From assembly GCA_037142615.1 (NCBI GenBank), contig JBAXAI010000003.1, positions 129,028 to 193,027 on the forward strand: a stretch of 64,000 nucleotides of DNA. The letters are read 5' to 3'. Both the position numbers and the translations under genes were made by a program. Of the stretch, positions 1 through 10,640 are shown in pieces. This DNA is from Spirochaetales bacterium (GTDB lineage: Bacteria > Spirochaetota > Spirochaetia > JABEVK01). Within the stretch, counting starts at the first letter, position 1. The number at the start of each line of letters is the position of its first letter. The notes below the pieces were generated by a model. It did no database searches, had not been told where the DNA came from, and saw only the letters and a list, made by a program, of their open reading frames with translations.

Positions 1-552
1 ACGGCGTGCGCGGCGTTTGTGGAGTGGTTGCAGCAGAACGGCCCCGTGGTGGACGGCGCGCTGTTTGTGGCTCCCTTGGTGCACAGCTACGCCTGGGACG
101 TTTCGCAACTGGGTCTGTACCTGTTCGGCGGCCTGCTCCCCCGACTGCCCGACGCCACGGGCAGCGACAAGGTCATCTCGGTCGGGGGCCAAGACGGCGA
201 CCACGATCCCCTCGACCAAAACGACTTTCCTACGGGTTGGGTGCGGGCCCTCTGGGCCTGGAACCGCCAGAATGCGTCGTACGGCCCCTTTGCAACCCGG
301 TTGGCCGTAGTGCAGGGCGACCACGACGTGGTCGTTGACGCGCCGTATAACCTGGCCTGGCTGCGCGCGCGGTTCCCGGGGCTCGTCGAGTTCCCCGTAG
401 TGGGCGAAGACCACTACCTTCTGTACAAGGCCAAGCCTGGCCACGACGAGCTCGCCCCCGAGGTGGAACGCCAGCTTCGGCGTGCGCTGGCCGCTTTGGT
501 CGACTGCGGTTCACAAAGACCCGAAAACGGGCACAACATGAACAAGATTTAA
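1..552 (+). CDS. Alpha/beta hydrolase, C-terminal part (5' end outside window)
   Basis: Frame is open from base 1 (TACAAFVEWL...); VVQGDHDVVVD and GEDHYLL resemble the catalytic Asp and His regions of lysophospholipase-like hydrolases. Confidence 0.65.
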   Translation, partial: TACAAFVEWLQQNGPVVDGALFVAPLVHSYAWDVSQLGLYLFGGLLPRLPDATGSDKVISVGGQDGDHDPLDQNDFPTGWVRALWAWNRQNASYGPFATRLAVVQGDHDVVVDAPYNLAWLRARFPGLVEFPVVGEDHYLLYKAKPGHDELAPEVERQLRRALAALVDCGSQRPENGHNMNKI

Positions 553-669
553 CCGCATTAGGGCTCAAACTGGGGTGACAGGGAGCCTACGGGAACACTA
601 TTGTTGAGCAGTTGCGCTCCGGCGTGACTGCAGCCATCGGCTGTAAAGAACTTTATTGGAGGATTGTCA

Positions 670-1755
670 ATGAAGAAAACCATTGCTCTTCTTGCCACCG
701 CTTTTGCCCTTCTGCTGGCCCTCGTCAGCTGTAACACCGCCACCACCCAGGTCGGTATCGTTCTCCCCACCAAGGATGAAGAACGCTGGATTCAGGATCA
801 GACCCGCTTCGCCGATGCTCTGAAGAAATCCGGTATCAGCGCCGAAGTCCTGTTCAGCGAAAAAGATTCCGCCAAGGAAAAGGCCAACGTTGAGACCCTG
901 ATCACCAAGGGCATCAAGGTTCTCGTGCTTTGCCCCGTTGACTCGGCTTCCGCCGCCGCCGCCGCCGAAGCTGCCCGCAAGGCCGGTGTCAAGGTTGTCG
1001 CTTATGACCGCCTGATCACCAACACCGATGCGGTCGACTTCTACGTGACCTTCGACTCGTTCAACGTTGGTGCCGCTTGGGGTGAATACCTCGTTTCGCA
1101 GGCCACTGGCAAGAACCAGAACCTGTACCTGTACGCCGGTGCCGCTTCCGACAACAACGCTTTCATCTTCTTTGAAGGCGCTTGGAGCAAGTTGCAGCCC
1201 AAGATCGCTGACGGTACCTTCGTTGTTGCCAACAGCAGCGAAGCCGTGGCTCTCAAGGACACAGCTCAGCTGACCCGTGACGAAATGGCCAAGATCATTG
1301 GTCAGGTCACCACCAACTGGAATCCTGCTGATGCCAAGGCCAAGGCCGAAGCTCACCTGACCGCCGCCAAGCCTGCTCAGAAGGGCGACGTATTCATCCT
1401 CGGGCCCAATGACCAGACCGCTCGCGCCATCGCCGACACCTTCGCTTCCGACAAGGACGTGAAGAGCTACAAGATCACCGGACAGGACGCCGACAAGGCT
1501 TCGATCCAGTACATCATCGACGGCAAGCAGTCCATGACCGTTCTGAAGGATACCCGCACCCTGGTTGCTGACGCCATCAAGGCTGCCATCACCTTCACCA
1601 AGGGCGAAACTCCTGCCCAGACCAAGACTTACAACAACGGCAAGTTTGACGTTCCCGCTGCTCCTTCCGACGTCGTGTCGGTCACCAAGGACAACGTGAA
1701 GGCCGCCATTGTTGACAGCGGCTACTACCCCGCCGCCGACTTCACCGGTCTGTAA
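670..1755 (+). CDS. Sugar ABC transporter substrate-binding lipoprotein (XylF/ChvE-like)
   Basis: GGAGG RBS before ATG 670; lipobox LVSC; motifs LPTKDEERW, VAYDRLI, ITGQDA. Confidence 0.9.
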   Translation: MKKTIALLATAFALLLALVSCNTATTQVGIVLPTKDEERWIQDQTRFADALKKSGISAEVLFSEKDSAKEKANVETLITKGIKVLVLCPVDSASAAAAAEAARKAGVKVVAYDRLITNTDAVDFYVTFDSFNVGAAWGEYLVSQATGKNQNLYLYAGAASDNNAFIFFEGAWSKLQPKIADGTFVVANSSEAVALKDTAQLTRDEMAKIIGQVTTNWNPADAKAKAEAHLTAAKPAQKGDVFILGPNDQTARAIADTFASDKDVKSYKITGQDADKASIQYIIDGKQSMTVLKDTRTLVADAIKAAITFTKGETPAQTKTYNNGKFDVPAAPSDVVSVTKDNVKAAIVDSGYYPAADFTGL

Positions 1756-1795
1756 TTCGGTAAGCTGATCCGCCTCGGCGGAAAGGCAACCCTTG

Positions 1796-1845
1796 AGGCG
1801 AAAGCACGGGAGTTCTTCGGGACTACGGGCTTTCGCCTTTTTTTT
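1796..1845 (+). terminator. Rho-independent terminator
   Basis: AGGCGAAAGC...GCTTTCGCCT stem (inner TTCG loop) followed by a T8 run, between convergent genes. Confidence 0.8.
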
Positions 1846-1854
1846 GCCCCGCCC

Positions 1855-3822
1855 TTAGGCTTTAAGCTGAAAACGGCCCACCAGGTGGCGCAGCTGCTGG
1901 GCCTGTCCTGACAGTTCTTCGGCGGCAGCGGCGCTTTGTTCAGCACTGGCGGTGTTGGCCTGCGTCACGCTGTCAATCTGGCTCAACCCCGTGCCGATTT
2001 GTGCCAAGGAGCGCGACTGTTCCTGACTGGAAGCCGCGATCTCTTCGAGAATCCCAGCAATCTTGCTGGAGCCCGAAGCGATAGCCTCAAACTGTTCGTT
2101 GGTCTTCCGGGCTGTCTTGTTGACCTCGAGAATCGTCTTCAGGTTCTGCTCGACCATCCCGTTGGTCTCGTTGACGGCCGTGGCGGAACGAACGGCCAAG
2201 CTACGCACTTCCTGGGCAACTACTGCAAAACCCTTACCGTACTTGCCCGCCCGCGCAGCCTCGACGTTGGCGTTGAGCGCGAGCAAATTGACCTGGAAGG
2301 CGATGTCGTCGATGGTTTTGACGATCTTTTTGGTCTCCTCGGAGCTCTTGGTCATGTCTTGTAGCAGCGCAAGGAGCTGCTTCATCTCTTCGTTGCCCAG
2401 GGTGGCCTCGGCTTTCGCCTGACGGGCGATCTTGCTCGAACTCAGCGCGGTCTCGGCGTTGGTCTTGGCCTGGCCGGTAATTTGGACAGCCGAGGCGTTG
2501 ATTTCCTCCAGGCTGCTGGCCTGTTCGGTGGCGCCCTGAGCGAGGCTCTGGCTAGCGGAAGCAACTTCGGTCGAGCCTGAGCTCATTTGGTCTACCGCCG
2601 CATTGATCTGCCCAAGAACCTCATTGAGGGATCCGACCATCGTTTGCATCGACAGGCCCAGGCGGTCCTTTTCGGAAGCCAATTCCACCTCAACCCTCAG
2701 GTCACCTTCGGCGATGCGGCCCAGGGTATCGGCCTTGGCTTTGAGAGTCTCGACCATGATCAGAAGGTCCTGATACGCGCCCAGCGCCACCCCTTTCCGC
2801 TGCTGGATTTCGAGCACACCCTGACTGATGTTGCGCGCAATTTCGGCCACTTCCCGTGGCTCGCAACCGAGTTGTCTGTGAATCGACGAGGTGAGGCGAA
2901 GCGCGAGCACGGCCGAAACCAACAGGAGCAGCACGAAGAGCGCCAAGGAAACCAACAGGCTCAGCAACGAGGCATCGGCCTGCAACCGGGCTTCATCAAT
3001 GAGGTGAGCAGCTAGCGCGTCATCGACCTTTTTCATCAGGTTGATCTTGCTGGTGATGGTGGCAAACCAGTCTTCGGCCGTCACCGGGAAGGGCCCTTCG
3101 CGGGGCGAACCCATCACTTCGGCTTCCATCGAAGCGACCCGGGTCGTGGCGGGGTCGTTCAGGGTCGTCTTTGCCAGGGCGATCTGCTCGGGCTGCGAAA
3201 ACAACTCGAACGTCAGCTGGTATTCCGCCTGGGCCGAGAGCACGGTCAGCCAGCGCTGAAACGACTCGTCGGTGAAATGACCGGCGCTGAGCACTTCGTT
3301 GAGCGTAGCGCGTTCCTGGCCCAGGTGCTCCTTGACGTTAAGGAACGAAAAGTACGCGGTGGCCGCGCGCCCGGTCACCGCCTGTTGAGCTTGGGTAGCG
3401 AGCTTGGCGACAAAGTCGAGATAAGTCGCAATGGCGGCGGTGTAGAAGGCAAACGACTGGGCTCCGGGGAGGTTGAACGAATCGATCTTTTTGCGCAGGT
3501 CGGCCACGCCGGCCAACGCCGAAGCAAGCGAAGGTTCGGCACTTACCAAGGCCTGGAAGGCGGTGTCCGTTTTGGGTCGCTGGGCAGGAAGTTCCTTGGC
3601 AAACTTCACCCCTTTGGAACTCAAGAAGCCGGCCGACATGCCACGCTCCAACTGGAGGTTATGGACCAGCAGACTCGTCTTGCCAGCCAGGGCGGTCTGG
3701 CGTTGGGCAAGGGTTGCGCCTTGCCAGGCAGCGTACTCGGTGGACACCTGATAAAGGGCGAAGTAGACCAACCCTGCAAACGGCAGCAGCAGGATCCAAA
3801 AGATCTTGGCGCGTATTGTCAT
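1855..3822 (-). CDS. Methyl-accepting chemotaxis protein with NIT (nitrate/nitrite-sensing) domain
   Basis: Two TM helices; NIT motifs [16 protein letters not shown] and KEHLGQERA; MCP core [20 protein letters not shown]. Confidence 0.9.
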   Translation of the reverse strand: MTIRAKIFWILLLPFAGLVYFALYQVSTEYAAWQGATLAQRQTALAGKTSLLVHNLQLERGMSAGFLSSKGVKFAKELPAQRPKTDTAFQALVSAEPSLASALAGVADLRKKIDSFNLPGAQSFAFYTAAIATYLDFVAKLATQAQQAVTGRAATAYFSFLNVKEHLGQERATLNEVLSAGHFTDESFQRWLTVLSAQAEYQLTFELFSQPEQIALAKTTLNDPATTRVASMEAEVMGSPREGPFPVTAEDWFATITSKINLMKKVDDALAAHLIDEARLQADASLLSLLVSLALFVLLLLVSAVLALRLTSSIHRQLGCEPREVAEIARNISQGVLEIQQRKGVALGAYQDLLIMVETLKAKADTLGRIAEGDLRVEVELASEKDRLGLSMQTMVGSLNEVLGQINAAVDQMSSGSTEVASASQSLAQGATEQASSLEEINASAVQITGQAKTNAETALSSSKIARQAKAEATLGNEEMKQLLALLQDMTKSSEETKKIVKTIDDIAFQVNLLALNANVEAARAGKYGKGFAVVAQEVRSLAVRSATAVNETNGMVEQNLKTILEVNKTARKTNEQFEAIASGSSKIAGILEEIAASSQEQSRSLAQIGTGLSQIDSVTQANTASAEQSAAAAEELSGQAQQLRHLVGRFQLKA

Positions 3823-3862
3823 AATCTCTTAAGCATTGGTTAGTTGACCGGGGAAGTCAAGT

Positions 3863-4546
3863 TTATGGTGAGGGACCCAAGGACGCGCGTGGAATGAACT
3901 CCGCGTCGAGAGCAATCTGTTCGCGCGGTGGTTTGGTGCCCCGCAGCAGGCTCAGCAGAAGGTGGGCCCCCTGGCGCCCGAGCTCGGTCGACGGCTGGCG
4001 GAACGTAGCCAGCGGCGGCTCGTAGAGCAGGGTAAACTCAAAGTTGTCGTCAAAACCCACCAACGAGAAGTCTCGCGGAGACTCGCAACCGTGCTCGCGG
4101 GCGGCCTTGAGGAACCCCAGGGCGCTGCTGTCGTTGCTGGCAAATACAGCGGTGAACTTGGGCAGGGTGCTCCAACGCCGCTTGGTCACTTCGTACGAGG
4201 TGAGGCTGAAGAACTCACCCTCCAATTGGCGGTCCAGGGGCAACGGGACACCGGCCTTTTTGAGTTCGTCGCGGAAGCCCTGGAACCGAGTCTGTGCCGA
4301 CGGAAACTCCTGCCGCCCCCATAGAAAAAGAAACTCGCGGTGGCCCAAGTTCAACATCTCTGTGGCGGCGCGCCGACCAGCCGCGTAGTTGTCAATGTAG
4401 ACTTGGGGCACCTCGGCGTGCAGCAAAGGACGGTCGAGTACCACGAACGGTCGTCCCCACGAGCGCAGTTCGTTGATCGCCTGCTCGTCCACGGGGTGCA
4501 AGGTAGGGAAGTACAGCACGCCATCGATCTGACGACCCTCGTGCAA
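3863..4546 (-). pseudogene. LacI-family regulator lacking its N-terminal HTH
   Basis: Effector-domain motifs (QIDGV, IDNYAAG, RFQGF, NDSSALG, SLVGFDD, LATFRQP) present; in-frame stop about 30 codons upstream and no HTH. Confidence 0.75.
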
Positions 4547-4641
4547 CGGTGCCAGCGGCTCCGAAGGCTCGTCGGAGTCACCCCAGGTGACATCCTCGAG
4601 ATGATCGGCGGCACCGTGAGCCCCAAGAGCGACTCAAAGGC

Positions 4642-5553
4642 CTACGAGACTCTGCACTGGAACGCCGGAGCCGGGTACAGCCCGGCCCAATCCAACTCGA
4701 GCACGTCGGCCGTCCAAGTGGCGCCCACGAGGTCGTCGAGCTGGTTTCCGTTGGTCGAATCCCAGTGGAGGGCAAACTCGGTGACGGCCGTGGGAATGGT
4801 GCGGGTGTAGCCCTTGGGGTTGCGTGCCGGGTCGGTGAGCCACGACTGGTACTTGTTCACCATTGCCGCAGCGTCTTGCGAGGTGCGCAGCGCGTCGGCG
4901 TCGTTGGCCTTGCCGTTGGTGGGGTACCAGTGCCAACTCAGCACATCGACCAGGTCGCCGCACTCGGCAATAAACACCCGCATCCATTCATCGTTGGGTT
5001 GCGAAATCGCCGGGCCCGAGATCACAAGGCCGGGATAGGTGGCCTTGAGGGCCGTGGCCCACTGGCGGAACACCGACGCGTACTTCTGCGGCGTCCAGCT
5101 GCGGTCGCCACGGTTGGGGCCGTACAAGTCGGCCTCGTTTCCCACCGTCCACACGTCGGTGCGAACCCCCAATTCCTTGGCCAGCCGTACTTGCTCCACC
5201 GCTTGTTCCAGGGTTCCTTGAAAAAGGTTGAATTGGTTGAACCACACCCCGGCCGGTACGAACTTCTGTTGCAAGCGAAGGTAGTCGAGCACCGAACGGT
5301 CCATCGCAAACTCATCGCCCACGTTGCCGGCGGGCCAAGTGTACGTTGGTGCCACCAGGTTGGCCATCCGGTCCTTGATCTTGATCAGCAGCATGGCGTT
5401 CGACACGTTGAAGCCACCGATCGAAGTGTGCACCGGCACCACCCCGTCGGTGTGAAGCGTCAGGGTGGTCGATTCTCCCGCAACGGGTGCCGCCAACAGC
5501 AAACCAAAAACCAAGCAGGCGGCTACCAGGAGAGCCTTAACAGACCGCCTCAT
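4642..5553 (-). CDS. Secreted clan GH-A glycoside hydrolase, probably C-terminally truncated
   Basis: Signal peptide; WTVGNE acid/base, SWHWYP, VTEF nucleophile; family-like sequence stops after ATWTADVL. Confidence 0.6.
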   Translation of the reverse strand: MRRSVKALLVAACLVFGLLLAAPVAGESTTLTLHTDGVVPVHTSIGGFNVSNAMLLIKIKDRMANLVAPTYTWPAGNVGDEFAMDRSVLDYLRLQQKFVPAGVWFNQFNLFQGTLEQAVEQVRLAKELGVRTDVWTVGNEADLYGPNRGDRSWTPQKYASVFRQWATALKATYPGLVISGPAISQPNDEWMRVFIAECGDLVDVLSWHWYPTNGKANDADALRTSQDAAAMVNKYQSWLTDPARNPKGYTRTIPTAVTEFALHWDSTNGNQLDDLVGATWTADVLELDWAGLYPAPAFQCRVS

Positions 5554-8500
5554 AGCGTGGCTTCCACCGCCAGAGCCCCGGTCAGATCGAGGACCCCGCC
5601 CTTCACTTCCGTCCAGCCTTTCGAGGTCTGAACACGCAAAGTAGCGGGACGCGCCCGGCGAAGCGTAAAGGGAATCCGTTGGTAGGTGAACTCGAGCGCA
5701 CCACCGGACGGAATCTCGTCGAGATCCAGCAAGATGGGATCAAAGTGCAACCGGCCACTCCTCCAGCGCAATCCCAGCTCACCCCAGCGGGTCAGAACCT
5801 CTTCTTTCACTTGACCGGTCATGCCCGGCTGCTGCGCTCCGCCCTCACCGGCGGTGTGCGAATACGGGTCGAAGGGGAAGGCGCCGTACTCAGCGGGGGT
5901 CTTGTGGTAGCCCAAGCCGGAACGGATGTCTCGGTAGAGCGCCTTAAGGTCGTCGAGCTGGGGCGAGGCTTCGTCATGAGCCTTCCACACCAACTCCTGC
6001 ACCGCCAGCAGCAACTTGGCCACCATGTGCCAGTAAATGCAACCCAAGCCCTCGTAGCCGAACATGGTCCCCGAGCGGCCTGTGAAGGCTTTGTGACCGA
6101 GCAGTCGTTCGTAGGCGTCGGCCACGACTTTGGCGTCCGCTCCCAGCGGCTTCAGCGCCGCCTCGACATCGTAACGATTGGAAAGCGAGGGAGCAAAACG
6201 AACCGTTCCATCGGCCTGCGACTGCAAAATATCGGCGCGTCCGTCGGCAAGCAGCGCCCTTACCGGGGCCAAGGCCAGCGCCTCATTGTCGAGCTGGTTC
6301 TTTTCGAGGAACCCGGGCAAGGGGCGGTCGGGGTACAGCAGGTAACTGCGGCGCGCCGAGTCGTACATGCGGCTTTCGCGAAGGGCCTTCCCCAGGGCGA
6401 CAGCGGCCCCGGGACCGAGCAACCCGCTGGAAAGCAGCGAAACCTGACCCTCGAGCATGGGGTACAAATGCCCCACCTCGGCGTGGTCGGGGGTGAGCGT
6501 CAGTAGGTTGTAGCTGTGGTACAAGCCGTCGTCGCGCAAGTTGTCGCGCAGGGTTTCTTCGACCAGCGGGAGCACATCGCGAATCAGCGAGCGGAAAGCC
6601 CCGGTGGCCACCTTCACCGGAGTGCGCTGCACCGGGCGGGCGTACAACGCGGCGCGCCAGTGCTCGAGCAACGTGCCGGCTTCGTCCATCCAAAGGCGGC
6701 GAAGTTTCGGGTTGCGGCAGGCCTGGATCGGTGTACCTCGGGCCAGCTTGGTGAGCTCGGCCAGAGCGGTCGCCGTAGCTGCGGGCAGTTCCAAGGCTTC
6801 GTCGAGGAAGTCCCACTGGTCGAGAAGGACCAAGAACCGCCTCAGCGAAGCGAGCGTCACAATCGAAAGGCCGTTGCCGACCAGCGCGTTGTTGGCGTCG
6901 TTCCACTCAGGGCGCTGGGTGTTGAGCCACACGCCGCCGCCGGGCACCAGATTCCCGAGCTTCGAGATGACAATGGTGAGCAGTTTTTCGGCCAGCGTGG
7001 CCAGCACGGGCTGACCATCGGCCGCAGAAACCAGCCGCCCATCGGCACCGAGGAGCTTTGTCCGCTCGAGCGCGGCGTGGTGGGCCTCGTGGTCAAAGTC
7101 GATGGTGAGCTTGGGGTTGGCGGCGATGTCGGCGTACGGCCGAATGCGGTAGGGTACATCGGCAAACGCGAACACGGGCCGGTTCCAAAGGCCCTTTAGC
7201 AGTCCGGGCTCCATCGCGTCGGCCGCCTCGAGGAACTTCAGCAGGTAGACGATCTGGTGGTCGCCCCAGTAGCCAATGAAGCTCCACGGGTCGTCGGGTT
7301 CGATGACTTCCCAGTCGAGGCCGTCGCGGCCAATCCGGTAAGGGTTGTAGCCGTCGAGCGTCATCGAGCTCAAGAAGGTGCTGATCATCGAGCCGAGGTA
7401 GTCGGGCTCACTCCAGGCCAGCGCTTCCCAGTTTTGGAAAATATCGCGCCAGTTTCCCTGGTGGCCCGTCACTCGTTTTCCCTGAGCATCGCGCACACGG
7501 ATGCTGAAGCGGTTCCAGGGTCGGCTCGGGTCGCCGTGCCGTCGGCTGAAGGTCAGCGGAAGGTATTCACGGACCAGACGTTCCAGCTGCGGGCTGCGCG
7601 AACTGGCCGCGAGCAGCACCTTTTCGCGCTCCAAGGGTTCGGCGAGTTGCGACAAGACTTGCTGGAGCAGGGGCAACAACGTCGGGTTGCGCTGGCCGAC
7701 AAAGGCCTTCAGGTCGTCGGTGTCCCAACGGGTGCCCGAGGGAAACACGCCGCCGCGCATGATGTTGAACAGCACATTTGCGGTGTGATGGGCCGCCGCC
7801 ATTTCGGAGCCGGAGTTTTGAAAACCGTCGGCGCTGCGCAGCAGTTCGTTCAAGCCTCGGGTGTTGTCGGCCAGGGCCGCCTCGATTTCGGTGGCGGTGC
7901 CCCAACCGGCGGCCAAGCGCTCCGAAAGGTCGTTGGTACGCGTCTGCGACAACGGACCGTCGAACACTTGATACCAACTCGTTGTCGAGGGTGTGGCTTC
8001 GACCCGCGCGTTTACCAGAAAGGCCCCCGACCGGCCGCGGGTCAGGGTTTCGGCGGCAACGGGGTCGCCGTTGCAAAAGGCCTTAACCTGCTTGGCCGAC
8101 AGCAGAGTCTTGGCGCCGGGCAGGCCAGCCCTCCAGGCCACCAGCGCCTCGAGCGACTCCTTGGGTTCGGCCCGGTCCCATAACTTGGCGTACATGGTGA
8201 ACACGCCGAGCCTTCCGCCCGCATGGGCCTCGTTCCACTTGTAGGCATCGGCCAGCGCCGACGACCAGTTGTAGGTCGCATTCGACTCACCGGAGGGAAT
8301 CAGGTTAAGCAGACCGTCGAGCACGTCGACGGTGACCGGGCTCTTGCGGCACCAGAGGTCGACTCGACGCACCAACCCCAGCGACCCTGCCGAGCTCCAG
8401 GTCTGCCGGAAGGCCAAGTTGCCACCGCCGTGAAGCTCTTCGAACATCAGCTTGGTGCCGGCAAGGTTCTTGAACAGGTTGCGGGTACCCACCGCATGGC

Positions 8501-8789
8501 CGGGCCGGTTGGCAAAGGGTTCCCACAGAACCGCTTGCCCCCCTTCTTCAAACCTCAGCCACGTGCGGGGACCGGTGTTCTCCCAGCGCGTGTGGATCTT
8601 GTCGACCGTCTCGTAAGGAAAAAACGACTGTTCCTGGTCCCTTCGTCCGCCGGCCAGCGAGCCGTTGGTCGAGATGAAGGCCCACAGATCGCTGTCGCCA
8701 GTAAGGGCCACAAAGAACGGGTCCATCGCTTCAGCGTGCTCGATGCGATACCAGCGCTCCGTGTCACCGGCTGTCGACGCCTCGTTCAC
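5550..8789 (-). CDS. GH149-like beta-1,3-glucan phosphorylase
   Basis: Motifs GNWRDIFQNWEAL, GYWGDHQIVYL, WLNTQRPEWNDANNALVG, YEGLGCIYWHMV, QQPGMTGQVKE; start placed at GTG 8789 because the longer ORF overlaps the permease. Confidence 0.85.
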   Translation of the reverse strand: MNEASTAGDTERWYRIEHAEAMDPFFVALTGDSDLWAFISTNGSLAGGRRDQEQSFFPYETVDKIHTRWENTGPRTWLRFEEGGQAVLWEPFANRPGHAVGTRNLFKNLAGTKLMFEELHGGGNLAFRQTWSSAGSLGLVRRVDLWCRKSPVTVDVLDGLLNLIPSGESNATYNWSSALADAYKWNEAHAGGRLGVFTMYAKLWDRAEPKESLEALVAWRAGLPGAKTLLSAKQVKAFCNGDPVAAETLTRGRSGAFLVNARVEATPSTTSWYQVFDGPLSQTRTNDLSERLAAGWGTATEIEAALADNTRGLNELLRSADGFQNSGSEMAAAHHTANVLFNIMRGGVFPSGTRWDTDDLKAFVGQRNPTLLPLLQQVLSQLAEPLEREKVLLAASSRSPQLERLVREYLPLTFSRRHGDPSRPWNRFSIRVRDAQGKRVTGHQGNWRDIFQNWEALAWSEPDYLGSMISTFLSSMTLDGYNPYRIGRDGLDWEVIEPDDPWSFIGYWGDHQIVYLLKFLEAADAMEPGLLKGLWNRPVFAFADVPYRIRPYADIAANPKLTIDFDHEAHHAALERTKLLGADGRLVSAADGQPVLATLAEKLLTIVISKLGNLVPGGGVWLNTQRPEWNDANNALVGNGLSIVTLASLRRFLVLLDQWDFLDEALELPAATATALAELTKLARGTPIQACRNPKLRRLWMDEAGTLLEHWRAALYARPVQRTPVKVATGAFRSLIRDVLPLVEETLRDNLRDDGLYHSYNLLTLTPDHAEVGHLYPMLEGQVSLLSSGLLGPGAAVALGKALRESRMYDSARRSYLLYPDRPLPGFLEKNQLDNEALALAPVRALLADGRADILQSQADGTVRFAPSLSNRYDVEAALKPLGADAKVVADAYERLLGHKAFTGRSGTMFGYEGLGCIYWHMVAKLLLAVQELVWKAHDEASPQLDDLKALYRDIRSGLGYHKTPAEYGAFPFDPYSHTAGEGGAQQPGMTGQVKEEVLTRWGELGLRWRSGRLHFDPILLDLDEIPSGGALEFTYQRIPFTLRRARPATLRVQTSKGWTEVKGGVLDLTGALAVEATL

Positions 8790-8815
8790 AAAGGAGCCGA
8801 CGGGAAGGGGCTGGC

Positions 8816-9739
8816 TCAATCGTTGTACTTCCTGGTGGCCGCCCGGTTGATGGCGTTCAACCCCAAGATGGTGACGAAGATGAGCCACGCGATGGCACTG
8901 CCCTTGCCGATCTTGTACGCCTTGAAGGCCGTGAACATCAGGTAGTAGGCTGCCGTCAGCCCGGAGTTGCTGGGCCCGCCCATGTTGTCGTAGCCGCCGG
9001 TGAGCACAAACGGTTCTTCGAAAATCTGCATGCCACCGATGATGCTCAGCGACACCGCCAAGAAGATGATGGGGTACAACTGGGGAATGGTGATCTTGAG
9101 GTGTTTGGTGAAGGTGCGGGCCCCATCCATCTCGGCAGCCTCGTACATCTCCTGCGGGATCGCCTGCAAGCCAGCCAGGTAAATCACCGTGTTCCAACCG
9201 ATGAACTTCCAGTTGAGGATGGTGCTCAGGATGACTTTGACGCCGTAGTCCTCGGATCCCCAGCGGATGTGCTCAATGCCGAACCAACCCAGGATCCAGT
9301 TGACGAGCCCGAAGTTGGTGTCGAACAGGTTGCCGAAAATAATGACCACCGAAACGGTGCTCGTGATGTAGGGCAAAAAGTACGCCGTCTTGAACAGTTC
9401 TTTCGCCTTGACGAGCTTGCTGTTGAGCAAGATGGCCAAAGGCAAAGCGATGATGTGCTGCAACAACGAACCGGTGATCAGAAGAATGACGGTATTGATG
9501 ACGGCCGAGTTGAAGAACGGGTCGATCGTGAGAATGTTGACGTAGTTATTGAACCCGATGAACACGGGCGGCTTGGTGCCGATGAGCTTCCAGTCGAAGA
9601 ACGAGCTGACGATGGAATACCCGATGGGGTACACACCAAAAACCAGGAAGAGGATGAAGAAAGGGCTGATGAACACGTAGGGTGCCCATTGTTGGGCCTT
9701 CATGCGTTTTTTTCGCTGGGCGAGTACGGTGGTCGACAT
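8816..9739 (-). CDS. Carbohydrate ABC permease (MalF-type)
   Basis: FIGFNNY, YLAGLQAIPQEMYEAAEMDGA (EAA loop), multiple TM helices. Confidence 0.95.
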   Translation of the reverse strand: MSTTVLAQRKKRMKAQQWAPYVFISPFFILFLVFGVYPIGYSIVSSFFDWKLIGTKPPVFIGFNNYVNILTIDPFFNSAVINTVILLITGSLLQHIIALPLAILLNSKLVKAKELFKTAYFLPYITSTVSVVIIFGNLFDTNFGLVNWILGWFGIEHIRWGSEDYGVKVILSTILNWKFIGWNTVIYLAGLQAIPQEMYEAAEMDGARTFTKHLKITIPQLYPIIFLAVSLSIIGGMQIFEEPFVLTGGYDNMGGPSNSGLTAAYYLMFTAFKAYKIGKGSAIAWLIFVTILGLNAINRAATRKYND

Positions 9740-9749
9740 ATTTGACTCC

Positions 9750-10580
9750 TTAGCCCTTCACCGCACCGGCGGTGAGACCCGAGATGATTTGACGAGAGAA
9801 GAGCATGAACACGATGAGCAGGGGCAAAAGTGTCATGGCATTGCCAAGGAACAGGGCCCCCATGTTGTTGTCGACGCGGCTGTTGAGCACCGAAAGGGCA
9901 ACAGGAAGCGTCGTCGCGTCCACGTCGGGCAGCAGGATCAGCGGGCCGGTGAAGTTGTTCCACGAGCCGACAAAGGTCACGACGCCCAGAACGGCCATAC
10001 CCGCGCGGGCCAGCGGAAACACGATGCGCCACAGCATGGCAAACTCGCCGACGCCGTCAATCCGGGCTGCCTCGAGCAGTTCGTGCGGCAACGCGTTCTC
10101 AAGGAATTGCGTCATCAAAAAGATGCCGAAGGCTCCGGCCATGCCGGGAACGATCAGCGGCAGCCAGGTGTTGATCCACCCGAACATGACCATCATTTTG
10201 TAGAAGGGGATGATGTTGAGAAACCCGGGTATCGCCATGGTGGCGATCACGAATGAAAAGAGGATCTTCTTGAACTTGAAGTTGTATTTCGAAAAGGCAA
10301 AGCCAGCCAGCGTGCAGAAAAACAGGACACTCACCGTGGAAAGGGTGGCGATTCCCAGGCTGTTGAGAAAATTGGTGGCGAAGGGTACGCGTCCAAAAAG
10401 GGAGGTCCAGTTCTCCATCAGGCCGTTGCCGAACCAGAAGTGCGGCGGAAACGCGAGCACTTCGCGCGAGGGCCAGGTGGCGAGCACGAACACGTAGTAG
10501 AAGGGGAAGGCGAATACAAGAGCCAGCAGGCCCAGCAGGAACGTGGTCAGGTAGCTCGGAAGTTTCTTCATCGAGAACAT
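9750..10580 (-). CDS. Carbohydrate ABC permease (MalG-type)
   Basis: ELLEAARIDG, WNNF, C-terminal GLTAGAVKG; GGAGG RBS before ATG 10580. Confidence 0.95.
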   Translation of the reverse strand: MFSMKKLPSYLTTFLLGLLALVFAFPFYYVFVLATWPSREVLAFPPHFWFGNGLMENWTSLFGRVPFATNFLNSLGIATLSTVSVLFFCTLAGFAFSKYNFKFKKILFSFVIATMAIPGFLNIIPFYKMMVMFGWINTWLPLIVPGMAGAFGIFLMTQFLENALPHELLEAARIDGVGEFAMLWRIVFPLARAGMAVLGVVTFVGSWNNFTGPLILLPDVDATTLPVALSVLNSRVDNNMGALFLGNAMTLLPLLIVFMLFSRQIISGLTAGAVKG

Positions 10581-10595
10581 AGGGGCCTCCAGGAC

Positions 10596-10631
10596 AAAAA
10601 AAGGGGGGAAGGGAGCGCGCTCCCCTCCCCC
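10596..10631 (-). terminator. Hairpin plus U-run between SBP and permease genes (attenuator/stabiliser)
   Basis: Minus strand GGGGGAGGGGAGCGCGCTCCCTTCCCCCC then T7. Confidence 0.7.
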
Positions 10632-10640
10632 TCCCATTCG

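Noticed and set aside
553-669. Possible structured leader upstream of the orphan SBP
   Set aside because: Only a short hairpin (CAGCC-ATC-GGCTG); no recognisable riboswitch consensus.
1765-1845. Possible c-di-GMP-I riboswitch (AAAGGCAAC...GCGAAAGC)
   Set aside because: Lies 3' of a gene between convergent ORFs, lacks the full consensus, and is explained as a terminator.
3844-3860. TTGAC-N7-GTCAA as an FNR-type box before the NIT MCP
   Set aside because: Spacer and half-sites do not fit TTGAT-N4-ATCAA; single short occurrence.
8790-9197. N-terminal 136-aa extension of the 1215-aa ORF
   Set aside because: Overlaps the permease in another frame and is low-quality sequence; GH149-like motifs start after 8789.
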